20,000 nt of DNA from Chiloscyllium plagiosum (taxonomy: Eukaryota): assembly GCF_004010195.1 (NCBI RefSeq), contig NC_057718.1, positions 69,541,224-69,561,223 on the forward strand, written 5' to 3'. Position 1 is the first letter of the stretch, and the number at the start of each line of letters is the position of its first letter. A model generated the notes under the pieces. That model was given only the letters and a program-made list of their open reading frames with translations. It had not been told where the DNA came from and ran no database searches. The translations under genes and the position numbers were made by a program. Shown here one piece after another: positions 1-10,809 of the stretch.

Positions 1-80
1 GCCTGCCATCAGTGGTCTGGAAATTATTGGAGAATATTCTTAGTGACAAGATTTACTTGCATTTGCAAAAGAATGGACTT
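1..80 (+). mobile_element. Old CR1-clade LINE ORF2 (RT) fragment, 5' piece of an interrupted copy
   Basis: Translates SVVWKLLENILSDKIYLHLQKNGL, matching LTSVVGKCLKGILRDRIYMYLERQGL in the CR1 ORF at 12046-12408. The reading continues at about 1248. Confidence 0.8.
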
Positions 81-1242
81 GGAGTCATAGAGATGTATAG
101 GACGGAAATAGACCCTTCAATCCAACTAGACCAAGCTGACCAGATATCCCAACCCAATCTAGTCCCTTTTGCGAGCACTTGGCCCATATCCTCTAAACAC
201 TTCCTATTCATATATCCATCCAGATGCCTTTTAAATGTTGCAATTGTACCAGACTCCACCACTTCCTCTAGCAGCTCATTCCATACAAACACCACCTTCT
301 GCAAGAAAAGGTTGTCCCTTATGTCCCTTTTATATCTTTTCCCTCTCACCTTAAACCTATGCTGTCTAGTTCTGGACTTGCCCACCCCAGGGAAAAGACT
401 TTGTCTATTTATCCTATCCATGCTCCTCTATAAACCTCTATAAGGTCACCCGTCAGCCTCCAACCTTCCAAGGAAAACAGCCCCAGCCTATTCAGCCTCT
501 CCTTATAGCTCAAATCCTCCAACCCTGGCAACATCCTTGTAAATCTTTTCTGAACCCTTTCAAGTTTCACAACATCCTTTTGATAGGAAGGAGACCAGAA
601 TTGCACACAATATTCCAAAAGTGACCTAACCAATGTCCTGTACAACCATAACATGACCTCCCAACTCCTATATTCAATGCTCTGACCAATAATGGAAAGC
701 ATACCAAATGCCTTCTTCACTATCCTATCTACATACAACTCTACTTTCAAGGAGCTATGAACCTGCACACCAAGATCTCTTTGTTCAGCAACATTCCTTA
801 AGACCTTTCCTTTAAGTGTAAAAGTCCTGCTCTGACTTGCTTTCCCAAAATTCAGCACCTCGCATTTATCTAAATTAAACTCAATCTGCCACTTCTCAGC
901 CAATTGGCCCATCTGATCAAGATCCCATTGTAATCTGAGGTAACCTTCTTCACTGTCCACTACACTTCTAATTTTGGTGTCATCTGCAAACTTACTAACT
1001 ATACCTCCTATATTTATATCCAAATCCTTTATATAAATGATGAAACATAGTGGACCCAGCACCCATTCTTGTGGCATACCACTGGTCACAAGTCTCCAGT
1101 CTGAAAAACAACCCTCCACCATCACCCTCTGTCTTCTACCTTTGAGCCAATTCTGTATCCAAATGGCTGGTCCTCCCTGTATTCCATGAGATCTAACCTT
1201 GCTAACCAGTCTCCCATGGGGAACCTTGTCCAATGCCTTACT
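81..1242 (-). mobile_element. 5'-truncated CR1/HER1-like LINE (RT C-terminal half plus 3' end)
   Basis: ORF 409-1233 has [30 protein letters not shown] and LERVQKRFTRM; frameshifted C-terminus in ORF 53-421; CTCTATGA-type 3' tail at 81-92; candidate TSD GACTT at 76-80 and 1243-1247. Confidence 0.95.
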
Positions 1243-1247
1243 GACTT

Positions 1248-2415
1248 ATGAGGGATAGACAGCCTCGATTTAAGCCGGAAGGTCTTGTCTTACAAATTTG
1301 AGTTGTTTGAGGAAGTTATAGGGGTAAATGTAGGGGAATGGGTCTGGGTGGGTGCGCTTTGGCGGGTCGGTGTGGACTTGTTGGGCCGAAGGGCCTGTTT
1401 CCACACTGTAAGTAATCTTGACTAAAGTATTTGACAAGGTGCCTCATAGCAGGCTGAATCCATGGTGAGTTGGTAAGTTGGATACAAAACTGGCTTAACC
1501 ATAGGTCAATGGTGTTTCACAAGGATCCGTTATAGGATCTTTGTTTTTTTTTAATGTATAAAATGTAAGTGGTCTGATTAGTAAGTTTATAGATGACATA
1601 AAAATTGATGCAGTTGTGGATAGTGAGGAAGGTTGTCAAAGCAAACAGCAGGAAAGTTGGGCAGAGAAGTGACAGTTGAGAATTTAATCCAGACATGTGT
1701 GAGATGATGCATTTTGGGAGGTCAAATACAAGAAGAAAGTATACAGCAAATGGCAGGTGTCTTAGAAGCACTGATATGCAGAAGGATCCTGAGTGCAAGT
1801 CCATAACTGTCTGAAAGTCGCAACACAAGTGGATAAAATGATAAAGGTGGTGTCCGGCATGCTTGCCTTCAGCATTCAGGGCATTGAGTATGAAGGTTCG
1901 GAGTATTGCGTGAAGTTCTGGTTGCAACGCTATAGGACGGATGTGAAGGCTTCAGAGAGGGTGCGGAAGAGGTTTACCAATTGCCTGTATTAGATTGTAT
2001 TAACTATAAGGAGAGGGTGGACAAACTTGGATCAGTTTTGGTAGACCATCAGAGGCTGAGAGGTGACCTGACAGAAGTACATAAAATTGTGATAGGCATG
2101 GGTAGGGTGGATGGTTAGAAATGTCAAATACTAGGGGGCATACATTTAAGGTGAGAGTGTAAGAGTTCAAAGGAGATTGGTGAGAAATTTTATTTTTTAC
2201 AAAGAGGGTGGTAAGTGCCTGCAACACGTTGCCAGGGAAGATGGTAGAAGCAGATGCGTTATCAAAGTTTAAGAGACATCTAAACAGAAACATGAACAGA
2301 CAGGACATAGAAGAATACAGACCATATGCTGACAGATAAGATTAGCTTAAAATGGCATCATGGTTGGTGAAGATATGGCAGGCCAATGTGTCTATTCCTG
2401 TGCTGTGCTGTTCTA
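1248..2415 (+). mobile_element. Old, degenerate CR1-clade LINE RT to 3' UTR (continuation of 1-80)
   Basis: Decayed RT motifs FDKVPH (about 1430), KFIDD (about 1583), EYCVKFW and ERVRKRFT (ORF 1793-1993); 3' end resembling CR1 tails at about 2390-2415. Confidence 0.85.
1319..1418 (+). mobile_element. 3' fragment of HE1-like SINE
   Basis: GGAATGGGTCTGGGTGGG...GGGCCGAAGGGCCTGTTTCCACACTGTAAGTAATCT matches the reverse complement of the 3' part of the SINE at 8271-8567. Confidence 0.8.
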
Positions 2416-2686
2416 AGATATAGATATAGAATCCCTACTGTGTAGGGCCCTTTGGTCCAACAAGTCCACATCAACCCTCTGAAGAGTAACCTACCCAGAC
2501 CCATTCCCCTACCCTATTATTCTACATTTATCCCTGACTAATGCACGTAACCTACACATCCCTGAACACTATGGATAGTTTAGTATGGCCAATTCACCTA
2601 ACCTGCACATCTTTGTACTGTGGAAGGAAACCGGAGCAACCAGAGGAAACCCATGCAGACACAAGGAGACTGTGCACGGGGAGAAT
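2416..2686 (-). mobile_element. HE1-like V-SINE lacking its tRNA head
   Basis: V-domain-like GGAAACCGGAGCAACCAGAGGAAACCCATGCAGACAC and the same 3' tail as 8271-8567, with an extra internal segment at about 2510-2570. Confidence 0.85.
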
Positions 2687-4191
2687 AAAGAAAAACAAAT
2701 AATCTTGAAATTAGTGGCCAGGAACCGTGGTTCTGTTTGGATGATTGGAGCATAAATGTTGATCAGAATATTCTTTGTTCTTCAGCAAATTGTCCATTAG
2801 ATGTTTTATATTGGATATGGTCGAGGTTCGTGCCTTACCTAAATGATCTAGAAAATAAATTTAAGAATTACCAGGGTCATTGTTATTATCTAAGCAGGAT
2901 GAAAAAGAAGGGGATCCTGTATGCCTGGTCCACAGGATGCTAAATATCGTAAAAATGCAGATGGATAAATGCAGCCTTGAACCAGGCAATAGCATAATCT
3001 CTATCTGTAACATTGAATCTATACTTTCTCTGATGTGCAAGATGTAAAACAAAGACATAAATGTAACTTTTACCATTAACACCACTCCAGTCTGTTAAGA
3101 CCTAAATCATTGTTCACAAACATACAAATGAACAGCTTTTGGGATTACTTTTGGATTTGTGCTTCTTTCCCACAAAACAGCTGTTTGCCATATCATTCAT
3201 AAATATTAAGCAGATGTTCACATTTACAATGTATTAAGAAAATAAACCTTCTCTGCATCAAGAGATTTGGAAAATACACACTCATGAATGAACAAGAGGA
3301 AAGAATTTGTCCCTTGCACACAGAAATGCATGAATTCTGAATCTCCATTTAATTTTCAGCTAAATACAATTTTAAATTCTTGATTTTTTTATATATATAA
3401 ATATTTATGCAAAAATCCTGGAAATAACCTGCTCTTTCTAGGAGAGTTACTGCTTGAAATATTTTCAAAGTCACCCGTCAGTTTACAAATAGTGTATTCT
3501 GCAAATTAGTATGAACTAATGAGGAATTCAATGGGAAATTTCCTTGCTTATATAAACCTTACAAACTAAACCATAAAGCATTTGACTTTGCTTATATCAG
3601 AAGAGGAGGCTGTTCTGTCAGCAAGTGCTTTGTATCTGCTCAGTACCAAAGGGGCTGCTGAGATTGGGAATTCTCAAACTAGCAAAACTACATATGTGAA
3701 TTTTCTCGACTATTCACTGGCAACAGTTTATTGAAATCATTAAAAAAATCAAACTCCACCAACCAATATCATAACCACATTTCAAACAAAATAGACATGC
3801 TTGCCAGTGGTATATCAATGAGGTTCAGTTTGCATAAGGAATAAATGGATTTGCTCTAACACCATAATTTACATCCGTTCTCATATTTTCTCGATTCAGG
3901 GAGTTTTAAACAAAGCTTTTGTGAAAGAGGCTGAAATGAGTGGTATAAACGATGGAAGTAGACAGTATAAGTTTTCTCTGCTTGTTAAGTAACCCAAGTG
4001 AAATGAATCTGAGCCTCAAATTTGGTATTAACTGACATTTAATTGTCAAGTGTGTAAAACGGGTGTCACATTGTAAATAGGATGTCCTTCTGAACTTGGA
4101 ACAGAACAACAAATAGGGCAGATTCAACAAACACCCGATTGTGCTGCACCTGATCTGTTCAATGAATGAAACAGAAAGCCTTCCTGTAGTT

Positions 4192-4224
4192 TCACATGGA
4201 GTTGTCCTCAAAATTCTCAAGAAC
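4192..4224 (-). CDS. Candidate terminal coding exon of an unidentified host gene (VLENFEDNSM*)
   Basis: Strong acceptor on the minus strand (tcttaatcagttttctctttag|GTT), 10 codons then TGA, repeat-free sequence downstream and AATAAA on the minus strand at 3727-3732. Homology not recognised. Confidence 0.45.
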   Translation of the reverse strand, partial: VLENFEDNSM

Positions 4225-4399
4225 CTAAAGAGAAAACTGATTAAGAGAACATGAGGAGGAGCCAGTTCAATGGCCGCATCTTAGTAAGCACATAAAAACA
4301 TAAAATAAAGGAGTTGTGATGCAAAGGACTCTTTACACCAGCTTTCCCATCTTTTTCTTCAACACTTTCCTGTCTATAGCAATTGATTCCTGAATATAC

Positions 4400-4960
4400 C
4401 AAGGATTGCCCAGTCCTATCCATGAATATATTCAAAAATGGCGCATGCAATTTCTTTGGGATAGAGAAATCCAGATATTCATAATCCTTTGAGTGAGGAT
4501 ATGTCTCATCCTTTACCTGCATATCTGATCTACTATCCTTGTCTACATGTTCTAGCAAGAGGAAGCAACCCCTGCAACTATCCTGCCAAACTCCTTCAGT
4601 GTTTTTATTTAGGTGCTTTTTCTGATTAACCTATTCAGAGATGTTACAACACACCCCTGGAGCAGGTGGCAATTGTGTGGCCTCCCAGTCCAGGGGTAGA
4701 GACATTACCACTGCACCACAAGAGAGCCCCAAAATCCTTCAGAATCTTACAAGTTTCAATTAGATCACCTGCATTCAGACAGCATTGGTCCAATTTATTC
4801 TGATTGTCATCACAAAACAATCCTTATCCCAGAAATGAATCTAATGAATCTTCATAGTACTATCTCCAAAACAAGTAGACTAATAATTGAATATGGAGAC
4901 CAAAACTGTTCGCAGAACACCAGCTGTGTTCCTACCAAAACATGACAATTGTAGCAAGAC
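4400..4960 (-). mobile_element. Old degenerate CR1-clade LINE 3' region (host of nested insertions; may resume at about 6455)
   Basis: Decayed similarity to the CR1 3' ends in the window, e.g. GAGACCAAAACTGTTCGCAGAACACCAG (QFWSP region) and AGAATCTTACAAGTTTCAATTAGATCACC (GDLIETCKIL). Boundaries approximate. Confidence 0.6.
4600..4728 (-). mobile_element. Short tRNA-derived SINE with TSD
   Basis: Minus strand begins GGCTCTCTTGTGGTGCAGTGGTA (A-box-like) and ends A-rich; flanked by CCAAACTCCTTCAG (4586-4599) and CCAAAATCCTTCAG (4729-4742). Confidence 0.7.
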
Positions 4961-4961
4961 C

Positions 4962-5319
4962 TATAGAGTCTTACAGCACAGAAACAGACCCTTCTATGCT
5001 GACCAAACTTCCCAAACTAAACCAGTCCCTCTTGCCTGTGTTTGGTCCCAATCTCTCTATACCTTTCCTATTCATGTATCTGTCCAAATATCTTTTCAAT
5101 GTTGTGACTGTACCTGCATCTAACACTTTCTCTAGCAATTCATTCTGCATACAAACCACTGTGTGTGAAAGAAATTGCCCCTCAGGTCCTTTACAAATCT
5201 TTCTCTTCTCATCTGAAAAATATACCCCTTAGTTTTGAACTTGGACACTTACTATTCATCTTATCTATGCCCCTCATGATTTTATAAACCTCTAAAAGGT
5301 CATCCTTCAACCTCCTATG
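4962..5319 (-). mobile_element. CR1/HER1-like LINE 3' end (interrupted; resumes at 6302-6455)
   Basis: ORF 4971-5159 (NELLEKVLDAGTVTTLKRYLDRYMNRKG) is homologous to ORFs 53-421 and 10893-11444. Confidence 0.85.
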
Positions 5320-6301
5320 ACCATAAGACCATAAGACATAGGAGTGGAAGTAAGGCCATTCGGCCCATCAAGTCCACTCCGCCATTCAATCATGGCTGAT
5401 TCCTAGCATCCTTCTTTTCCAAGCCATGTATTATTTTGTACGTCTCTATTAAGTCTCCCCTTAATCTTCTAAGCTCCAACGAATACAATCCCAGTATCCT
5501 CAGCTGTTCCTCATATGTTAGACCTGTCATTCCAGGGATGATCCGTGTGAATCTCCGCTGGACACGTTCCAGTGCCAGTATGTCCTTCCTGGGGTGTGGG
5601 GACCAAAACTGGACACAGTACTCCAAATGGGGCCTAACCAGAGGTTTATAAAGTCTTAGTAGTACATCTCTGTTTTTATATTCCAACCCTCTTGAGACAA
5701 CATTGCATTCGCTTTCTTAATCACGGACTCAACCTGCATGTTTACCTTTAGAGAATCCTCGACTAGCACTCCCCGATCCCTTTGTGCTTTGGCTTTATTA
5801 ATTTTCTCACCATTTAGAGAGTAGTCTATGCTTTTATTCTTTTTGCCAAAGTGCAAGACCTCGCACTTGCTCACGTTAAATTCCATCAGCCATTTCCTGG
5901 ACCACTCTCCCAACCTGTCTAGATCCTTCTGTAGCCTCCCCACTTCCTCAGTACTACCTGCCTGTCCACCTAACTTTGTATCATCGGCAAACTTCGCTAG
6001 AATGCCCCGGTTCCCTCATCCAAATCATTAATATATATTGCGAACAGCTGTGGCCCCAGCACCGAACCTTGCGGGACACCGCTCGTCACCGGCTGGCATT
6101 CTGAAAAAGAACCTTTTATCCCAATTCTCTGCCTTCTGTTAGACAGCCAATCCTCAATCCATCCCAGCAGCTCACCTCGAACACCATGGGCCCTCACCTT
6201 GCTCAGCAGCCTCCCGTGTGGCACCTTATCAAAGGCCTTTTGAAAGTCTAGATAGACCACATCCACTGGGTTTCCCTGGTCTAACCTACTTGTTACCACT
6301 G
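5320..6301 (-). mobile_element. 5'-truncated CR1 LINE of a different subfamily, nested
   Basis: RT motifs [23 protein letters not shown] and LEYCVQFWSP (ORFs 5390-5686, 5656-5943, 5997-6374); (ACCATAAG)n tail at 5320-5340; candidate TSD TATG at 5316-5319 and 6302-6305. Confidence 0.92.
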
Positions 6302-6455
6302 TATGCTCCAGTGAAAGAAGACTGATGCTATCCAGCCTCTCCTTATAACTCAAAACCCACCTGCCCAGCAACATTCTGGTAACTCTTTTCTCAACCTCTC
6401 CAATTTAATAATATCCTCCCTGTAGTATGGTGACTAGAACTGTACACAGTACTTC
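6302..6455 (-). mobile_element. Upstream part of the CR1 copy at 4962-5319
   Basis: [16 protein letters not shown] (N-terminus of chimeric ORF 5997-6374) is collinear with the sequence ending at 5319. Confidence 0.75.
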
Positions 6456-7232
6456 ACGCTTCTCTATGTTTTACTCCATCTGACATCTTGTTGCCTGCTT
6501 ACTTAACATGTTTACATCCCTTTACAGTTTTTTTTCCCCCATGACCAGTGAATGCATATTCTTGGTATCTTTGCCAAAGGCATTAACATAGCTTGAAAAT
6601 AGCTGAGGCCCAACTACACTATAGTGCAAACATGAAAAGGTCCCCTTTTATCATCTATTACTTGTCTGCCCATTCATGCCCTTTTGAAATTTTACACTGT
6701 TCTCAGATTTCTAATTTTTAAAAAAAAATTGGTGAATTTTGTGAATTTGTTCTTTATGCCAAAATCTACGTCACTAATATATACTAGGAAAATCAGGGAT
6801 CAGAAATTCTAGGGACTTGCACTTTTGAAAAAAATATTGTTTACCATTTCCCATTATTCAGCCAATTTTATGCCCATAATGCTACTGTCCTTCTATTCCT
6901 GGTGTATATTGACTTACTTGTTTACTATACATCAAAAAACCTTTGGAAGCCCATGTACACAACATCATTAACCCTCTGTAATATCATTTAAAAAAAACAT
7001 CAGCAAGGTAGTTCAACACAATTTGCATTAACAAGTCATGTCAGTTTTCTTCAATTAACATTTGCCAAAATATTAATTTTTTCCCAAATTATTGACTCTA
7101 AACTTTTCCCCACTATGGTTAAATTCATTGGCTTGTAGTAAAAATTTGGCAAACATCACTTTTGTTCAGTACCATCCAAGTCTAAAGATTATTCAAAACA
7201 TACAGTCAACAGATCGACAATTTCATTCTCAC

Positions 7233-7267
7233 TTCCTTCAGAATCATCAGATGTATCTTATCCATTC
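7233..7267 (-). CDS. Candidate 35-nt internal exon ([x]MDKIHLMILKE), in phase with 4192-4224
   Basis: ttgatttgacgccag|GA ATG GAT AAG ATA CAT CTG ATG ATT CTG AAG GAA|gtgaga; the phase-0 donor fits the phase-0 acceptor at 4224. The acceptor is only moderate. Confidence 0.3.
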
Positions 7268-7787
7268 CTGGCGTCAAATCAAGTTTAAGCACAGACAGCT
7301 AACCAATACCTCTTCTTTAACAATGCTAAATACTTTAGGTGTCTGGACAAATGCACACTTGACCCACTGTTCATTGGTGGTGGAAGAAGTGAAAATTGAA
7401 GGTGGGGAATATAGTGCCAGTCAAGTGGGATATTTTGCCCTGTATACTGACAAACGTCTTCAGTGTTAGTGGGCAAATTGACAATAGTTAATCATGTTGG
7501 TTGTGATGGGAATACCACGGAGAAATGGTCTATGTCCTGGACCACTCTGTCTTTAATGTAAGGCTCAATTTATTGCAGTCCCCTGAAGTGCTGAATGAAT
7601 CAATTGTCTTCATCTCCCCTACCAGTAATCTGGACACAGTCATATTAACTTCAATTCTCTGTAATAGATTATGTTAGTATATATAACATTAACAAAGTAC
7701 TGTTTGTTTAGCAGTTTATATCTCAGAGTTTTCCCTCAGCACATCTTGATTATTTTACCAGTTACATCACTGACAGACTTATATTAA

Positions 7788-7917
7788 TTCCTTATTCCAA
7801 ATCAGCCTCCAGGCTCGTTGTTTGCTGTGTACATAGGCTTTGGAGGATCATAAGATACAGCTTCCCAGCCTCTGACTGCTTCAAGACACAGTGATGATAT
7901 GACTAGTCTAATTCAGT
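7788..7917. repeat. 130-bp direct repeat, copy 1
   Basis: Matches 10046-10175 with 3 mismatches and no indels. Confidence 0.95.
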
Positions 7918-7922
7918 TTCTA

Positions 7923-8108
7923 AGAGAAAGGGAGGACAGCAGATGGCAGAGATAAGAATTGAAAAGTCACTGTGGCACTGGAAAACACAGCGGGTCAGGC
8001 AGGAATGCTGCTGAAGGGCTTATGCCCGAAACATCGATTCTCCTGCTCCTTGGATGCTGCCTGACCTGCTGTGCTTTTCCTGCACCACACTTTTTGACGC
8101 TAATTTCT
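7923..8108. mobile_element. Palindromic Penelope-like-derived element, copy A (centre deleted), with TSD
   Basis: Inverted arms GGAAAACACAGCGGGTCAGGCAG / CTGCCTGACCTGCTGTGCTTTTCC; homologous to 17917-18408 and 19616-19809; 8-bp TSD AGTTTCTA at 7915-7922 and 8109-8116. Confidence 0.8.
8003..8040 (+). ncRNA. Degenerate minimal hammerhead ribozyme motif
   Basis: GAATG-CTGCTGA-A-GGGC-TTAT-GCCC-GAAAC-ATC-GATTC: core with an A6-to-C change and intact stem II. Confidence 0.5.
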
Positions 8109-8270
8109 AGTTTCTAGTCAATGGTAGCTCCCAGGATGCTGATAGTGGAGAATTCAGTGACAATGTTGAATGTCAAGGCTACATGATAGGATTCTCTCTT
8201 GTTGAAGATGGCCATTGCCAGGCACTTCTGTGTTGTGACTATAACATTCCATCTATCAAGCTATATCTTT

Positions 8271-8567
8271 AGATTAGATTAGATTACTTACAATGTGGAA
8301 ACAGTCCCTTCAGCCCAACAAGTTCACACCGACCCTCCAAAGATAAACCCACCCGGACCCATTCCCTACATTGGCAATTTAGCATGGCCAATTCACCTGA
8401 CCTGCACATTTTTGGATTGTGGGAGGAAACGGGGCACCCGGAGGAAACCGGCGTAGACACGGGGAGAATGTGCAAACTCCACACAGACAGTTGCCTGAGG
8501 CGGGAATTGAACCCAGGTCTCTGGCGCTGTGAGGCAGTAGTGCTAACCACTGTGCCACCGTGCTGCC
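8271..8567 (-). mobile_element. Full-length HE1-like tRNA-derived V-SINE
   Basis: Minus strand: A box TGGCACAGTGG, B box GGTTCAATTCC, V-domain GTCTGTGTGGAGTTTGCACATTCTCCCCGTGTC...GTTTCCTCCCACAATCCAAA, LINE-like 3' end and (TAATC)n tail. Confidence 0.92.
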
Positions 8568-9329
8568 TGTTGTAGACAGACATGGATTGCTCCCGTATTT
8601 GAGGAGTCATGAATGTTGCTGAACTTTGTATAAACATCAGCAAACATCCTATTTTCTGATCTTATGTTAGAGCTGATGAAGTCAATTTCCATCACTTTGC
8701 CAAAAGGCAATGGACTGATGATACAGTAATTGGTCAGGTTGATTTGTCCTGTTTCTGTGTGCAGGGCATAACTGTGTAATTTTTCACATTGCTATGTAGC
8801 TGGCAGTTTTATTGCTATTTTAGAACAGCTTGGCATCGGGGCACATTTAGTTCTGGAACATGAATCTTCAATATTATTATTGGAATGTTGTCAGAGCATT
8901 TGCAGTATCTTCAAGCAGTTTCTTGATATCATGTGGAGTGAATTAAACTGGCTAAAAACTAGCAACTATAATGCTGGGGACCCCAGGAAGAGGCAGAGAT
9001 GAATCACATGGCACTTCTGGTCGAAGATGAATGCAAATATAGTATTTTTTTTCCTTTGCACTCATGTGCTGCACTTCTCTATTATTGAGGATGATGTTCT
9101 ATGTAGAGCCTGTTTCTCCTGTTAATTATTTAATTGCTCACTGCCACTCATGACTGGAGTGGCAGAACTGCAGAGCTCAGATCTGATCATTGATTGGGGA
9201 TTAATTTAGCTCTTGTTATTACATACCACTTACAATGCTTGGCATACCTGTATGCCGAATTTTAGCTTCACCAGGCGACAGCTTATTTTTAGACATGCCT
9301 GATGCTGCACTTGGCATGTCCTCCTGAAG

Positions 9330-10520
9330 CTCCTAGCCTTTTCTGCTTTTACATTATTATCCTAGTCTGCATTCTGATGGTTAAACTCCCTCATTATGAT
9401 GTATCTCATACTTTGATTTCTCAATTGTCCTGTAAATTTGTTCCTCCATAGCTTTGCCACTTGTTGCTGACCTACGGACTATAGTGAGCAATGTAACTTC
9501 ACTTTATAGGTCCCTGATATCCAGCCAAATAGATTGCCTTAGATCTCTCTGGGGTATTCTCTATTTCCACCAGTTGAACGTTCATATTAATTAATAGGGC
9601 AACCATTCCTCTTCCTTTACTTCCTTTCTACCTTTTCAATAGTATGCTGTATCCAGTCCTGCCTTTCTTTGAGACAGATCTCTGTTATCATTATATTTCC
9701 TCATTACAATCTGCATCTATAACTCACCAACCCTATTTACCATATAGGCATTCACATACATGCATGGGAACTGGTAAATCTAATTTAGACTTTATTATTT
9801 ATCCTCTACCATATTATTAACTACTCGAGTGCTTTTGTTCTATTCCAGTGTACTCTTGGTGTACCTATTTCGTATTGACATTTTGGTTGATGCACTCCTA
9901 CCAAGTGAGTTTAAAAATTCCATAGCACTAGCAAATTACACAAGGAAATTGGTCCTGACCTTATTTATATCTATCATTCCTGGCTTGATCAGATTCCTTC
10001 TCCCAGTACTGATTTGAATTCCCAAGAATCTAAAGTTGTCCCCCTTTCCTTATTCCAAATCAGCCTCCAGGCTCGTTGTTTGCTGTGTACATAGGCTTTA
10101 GAGGATCAAAAGATACAGCTTCCCAGCCTCTGACTGCTTCAAGACACAGTGATGATATGACTAGTCTAATCCAGTCAAGCATTTATATGCTCCATCTTCC
10201 TTTTTGCACACAATAAGTGTATTACCGGGAGTAATGTGGAGATTAATATATTAGAGTTCCTAATAGCTGATTTGATTTCCTATTTCATTCCCTAAATTCT
10301 GACAATAGGTCTGAAATCCTCTTTTTACCTCTGTTGCTGGTTCTGGTGTGGGCAGTGACTACTCATAGTCCACTCTACTCTCTCATGTTACTCTGTAGCT
10401 GTGAGCTGACATTTTTGATCCTGTCACCAGGGAGGCAGCATACATCCTGGAGTCATGCTGCGGCTGCAGAAACACCAGTGTGCTTCTCTAACTATTGAAT
10501 TTGCTATCATTATTGTGTTT
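9330..10520 (-). mobile_element. Old degenerate CR1 LINE: ORF1 esterase region and start of ORF2 endonuclease
   Basis: Minus strand IMIANSIVR (decayed IGDSIVR) at about 10490-10515 and CLPGDRIKNV at about 10410-10440; ITEICLKERQDW (APE N-terminus) at about 9653-9690. Boundaries approximate. Confidence 0.65.
10046..10175. repeat. 130-bp direct repeat, copy 2 (inserted in an old CR1 ORF1)
   Basis: Matches 7788-7917 with 3 mismatches. Confidence 0.95.
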
Positions 10521-10809
10521 TCTTTTTTGTTTCAGCCTGCTACAAGTGATTACCGTGGATTTGGCTCTGACTGCACTTCCTTGGTGATCTTCATAAAAAT
10601 ATAAGGTTTTTCTTTTAATCAAATGATAACTCTATCCTTATTCTAAGCTTTCTACTCAGTTATTAACTATCTTACTCATCTGTTTCAGTCTTCTATCTCT
10701 TTTATTTCTCCCTTTAACCTCATTCACAATCATTGCTTACTAAATTATTTAGTTTACCACAGTTAGATATTTGTAGTTGATGTTCAAGTAAAAATACTTT
10801 AACAATACA

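Larger units (their letters stand above)
7788..9310 (-). mobile_element. Old, highly degenerate LINE RT remnant (CR1/L2-group-like), interrupted by two insertions
   Basis: Minus-strand RMFADV at about 8633-8650 (FADD motif) and ILGATIDxKLNxTSHI across the 7915/8116 junction. Boundaries approximate. Confidence 0.6.

Noticed and set aside
409..1233. 274-aa RT ORF as an intact, domesticated or prokaryotic (retron/group II) reverse transcriptase
   Set aside because: It is a 5'-truncated CR1 copy with a frameshifted C-terminus, a LINE tail and non-consensus substitutions.
3906..4220. 104-aa ORF as a gene
   Set aside because: No recognisable domain; it overlaps the candidate exon in another frame and a putative 3' UTR. 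It remains a weak alternative frame.
7204..7258. Alternative exon DTSDDSEGSENEIVDLLT with a gtatgt donor
   Set aside because: An in-frame TAA lies just upstream and the only compatible acceptor lacks a pyrimidine tract.
8490..8567. tRNA gene
   Set aside because: The A and B boxes are the head of a V-SINE.
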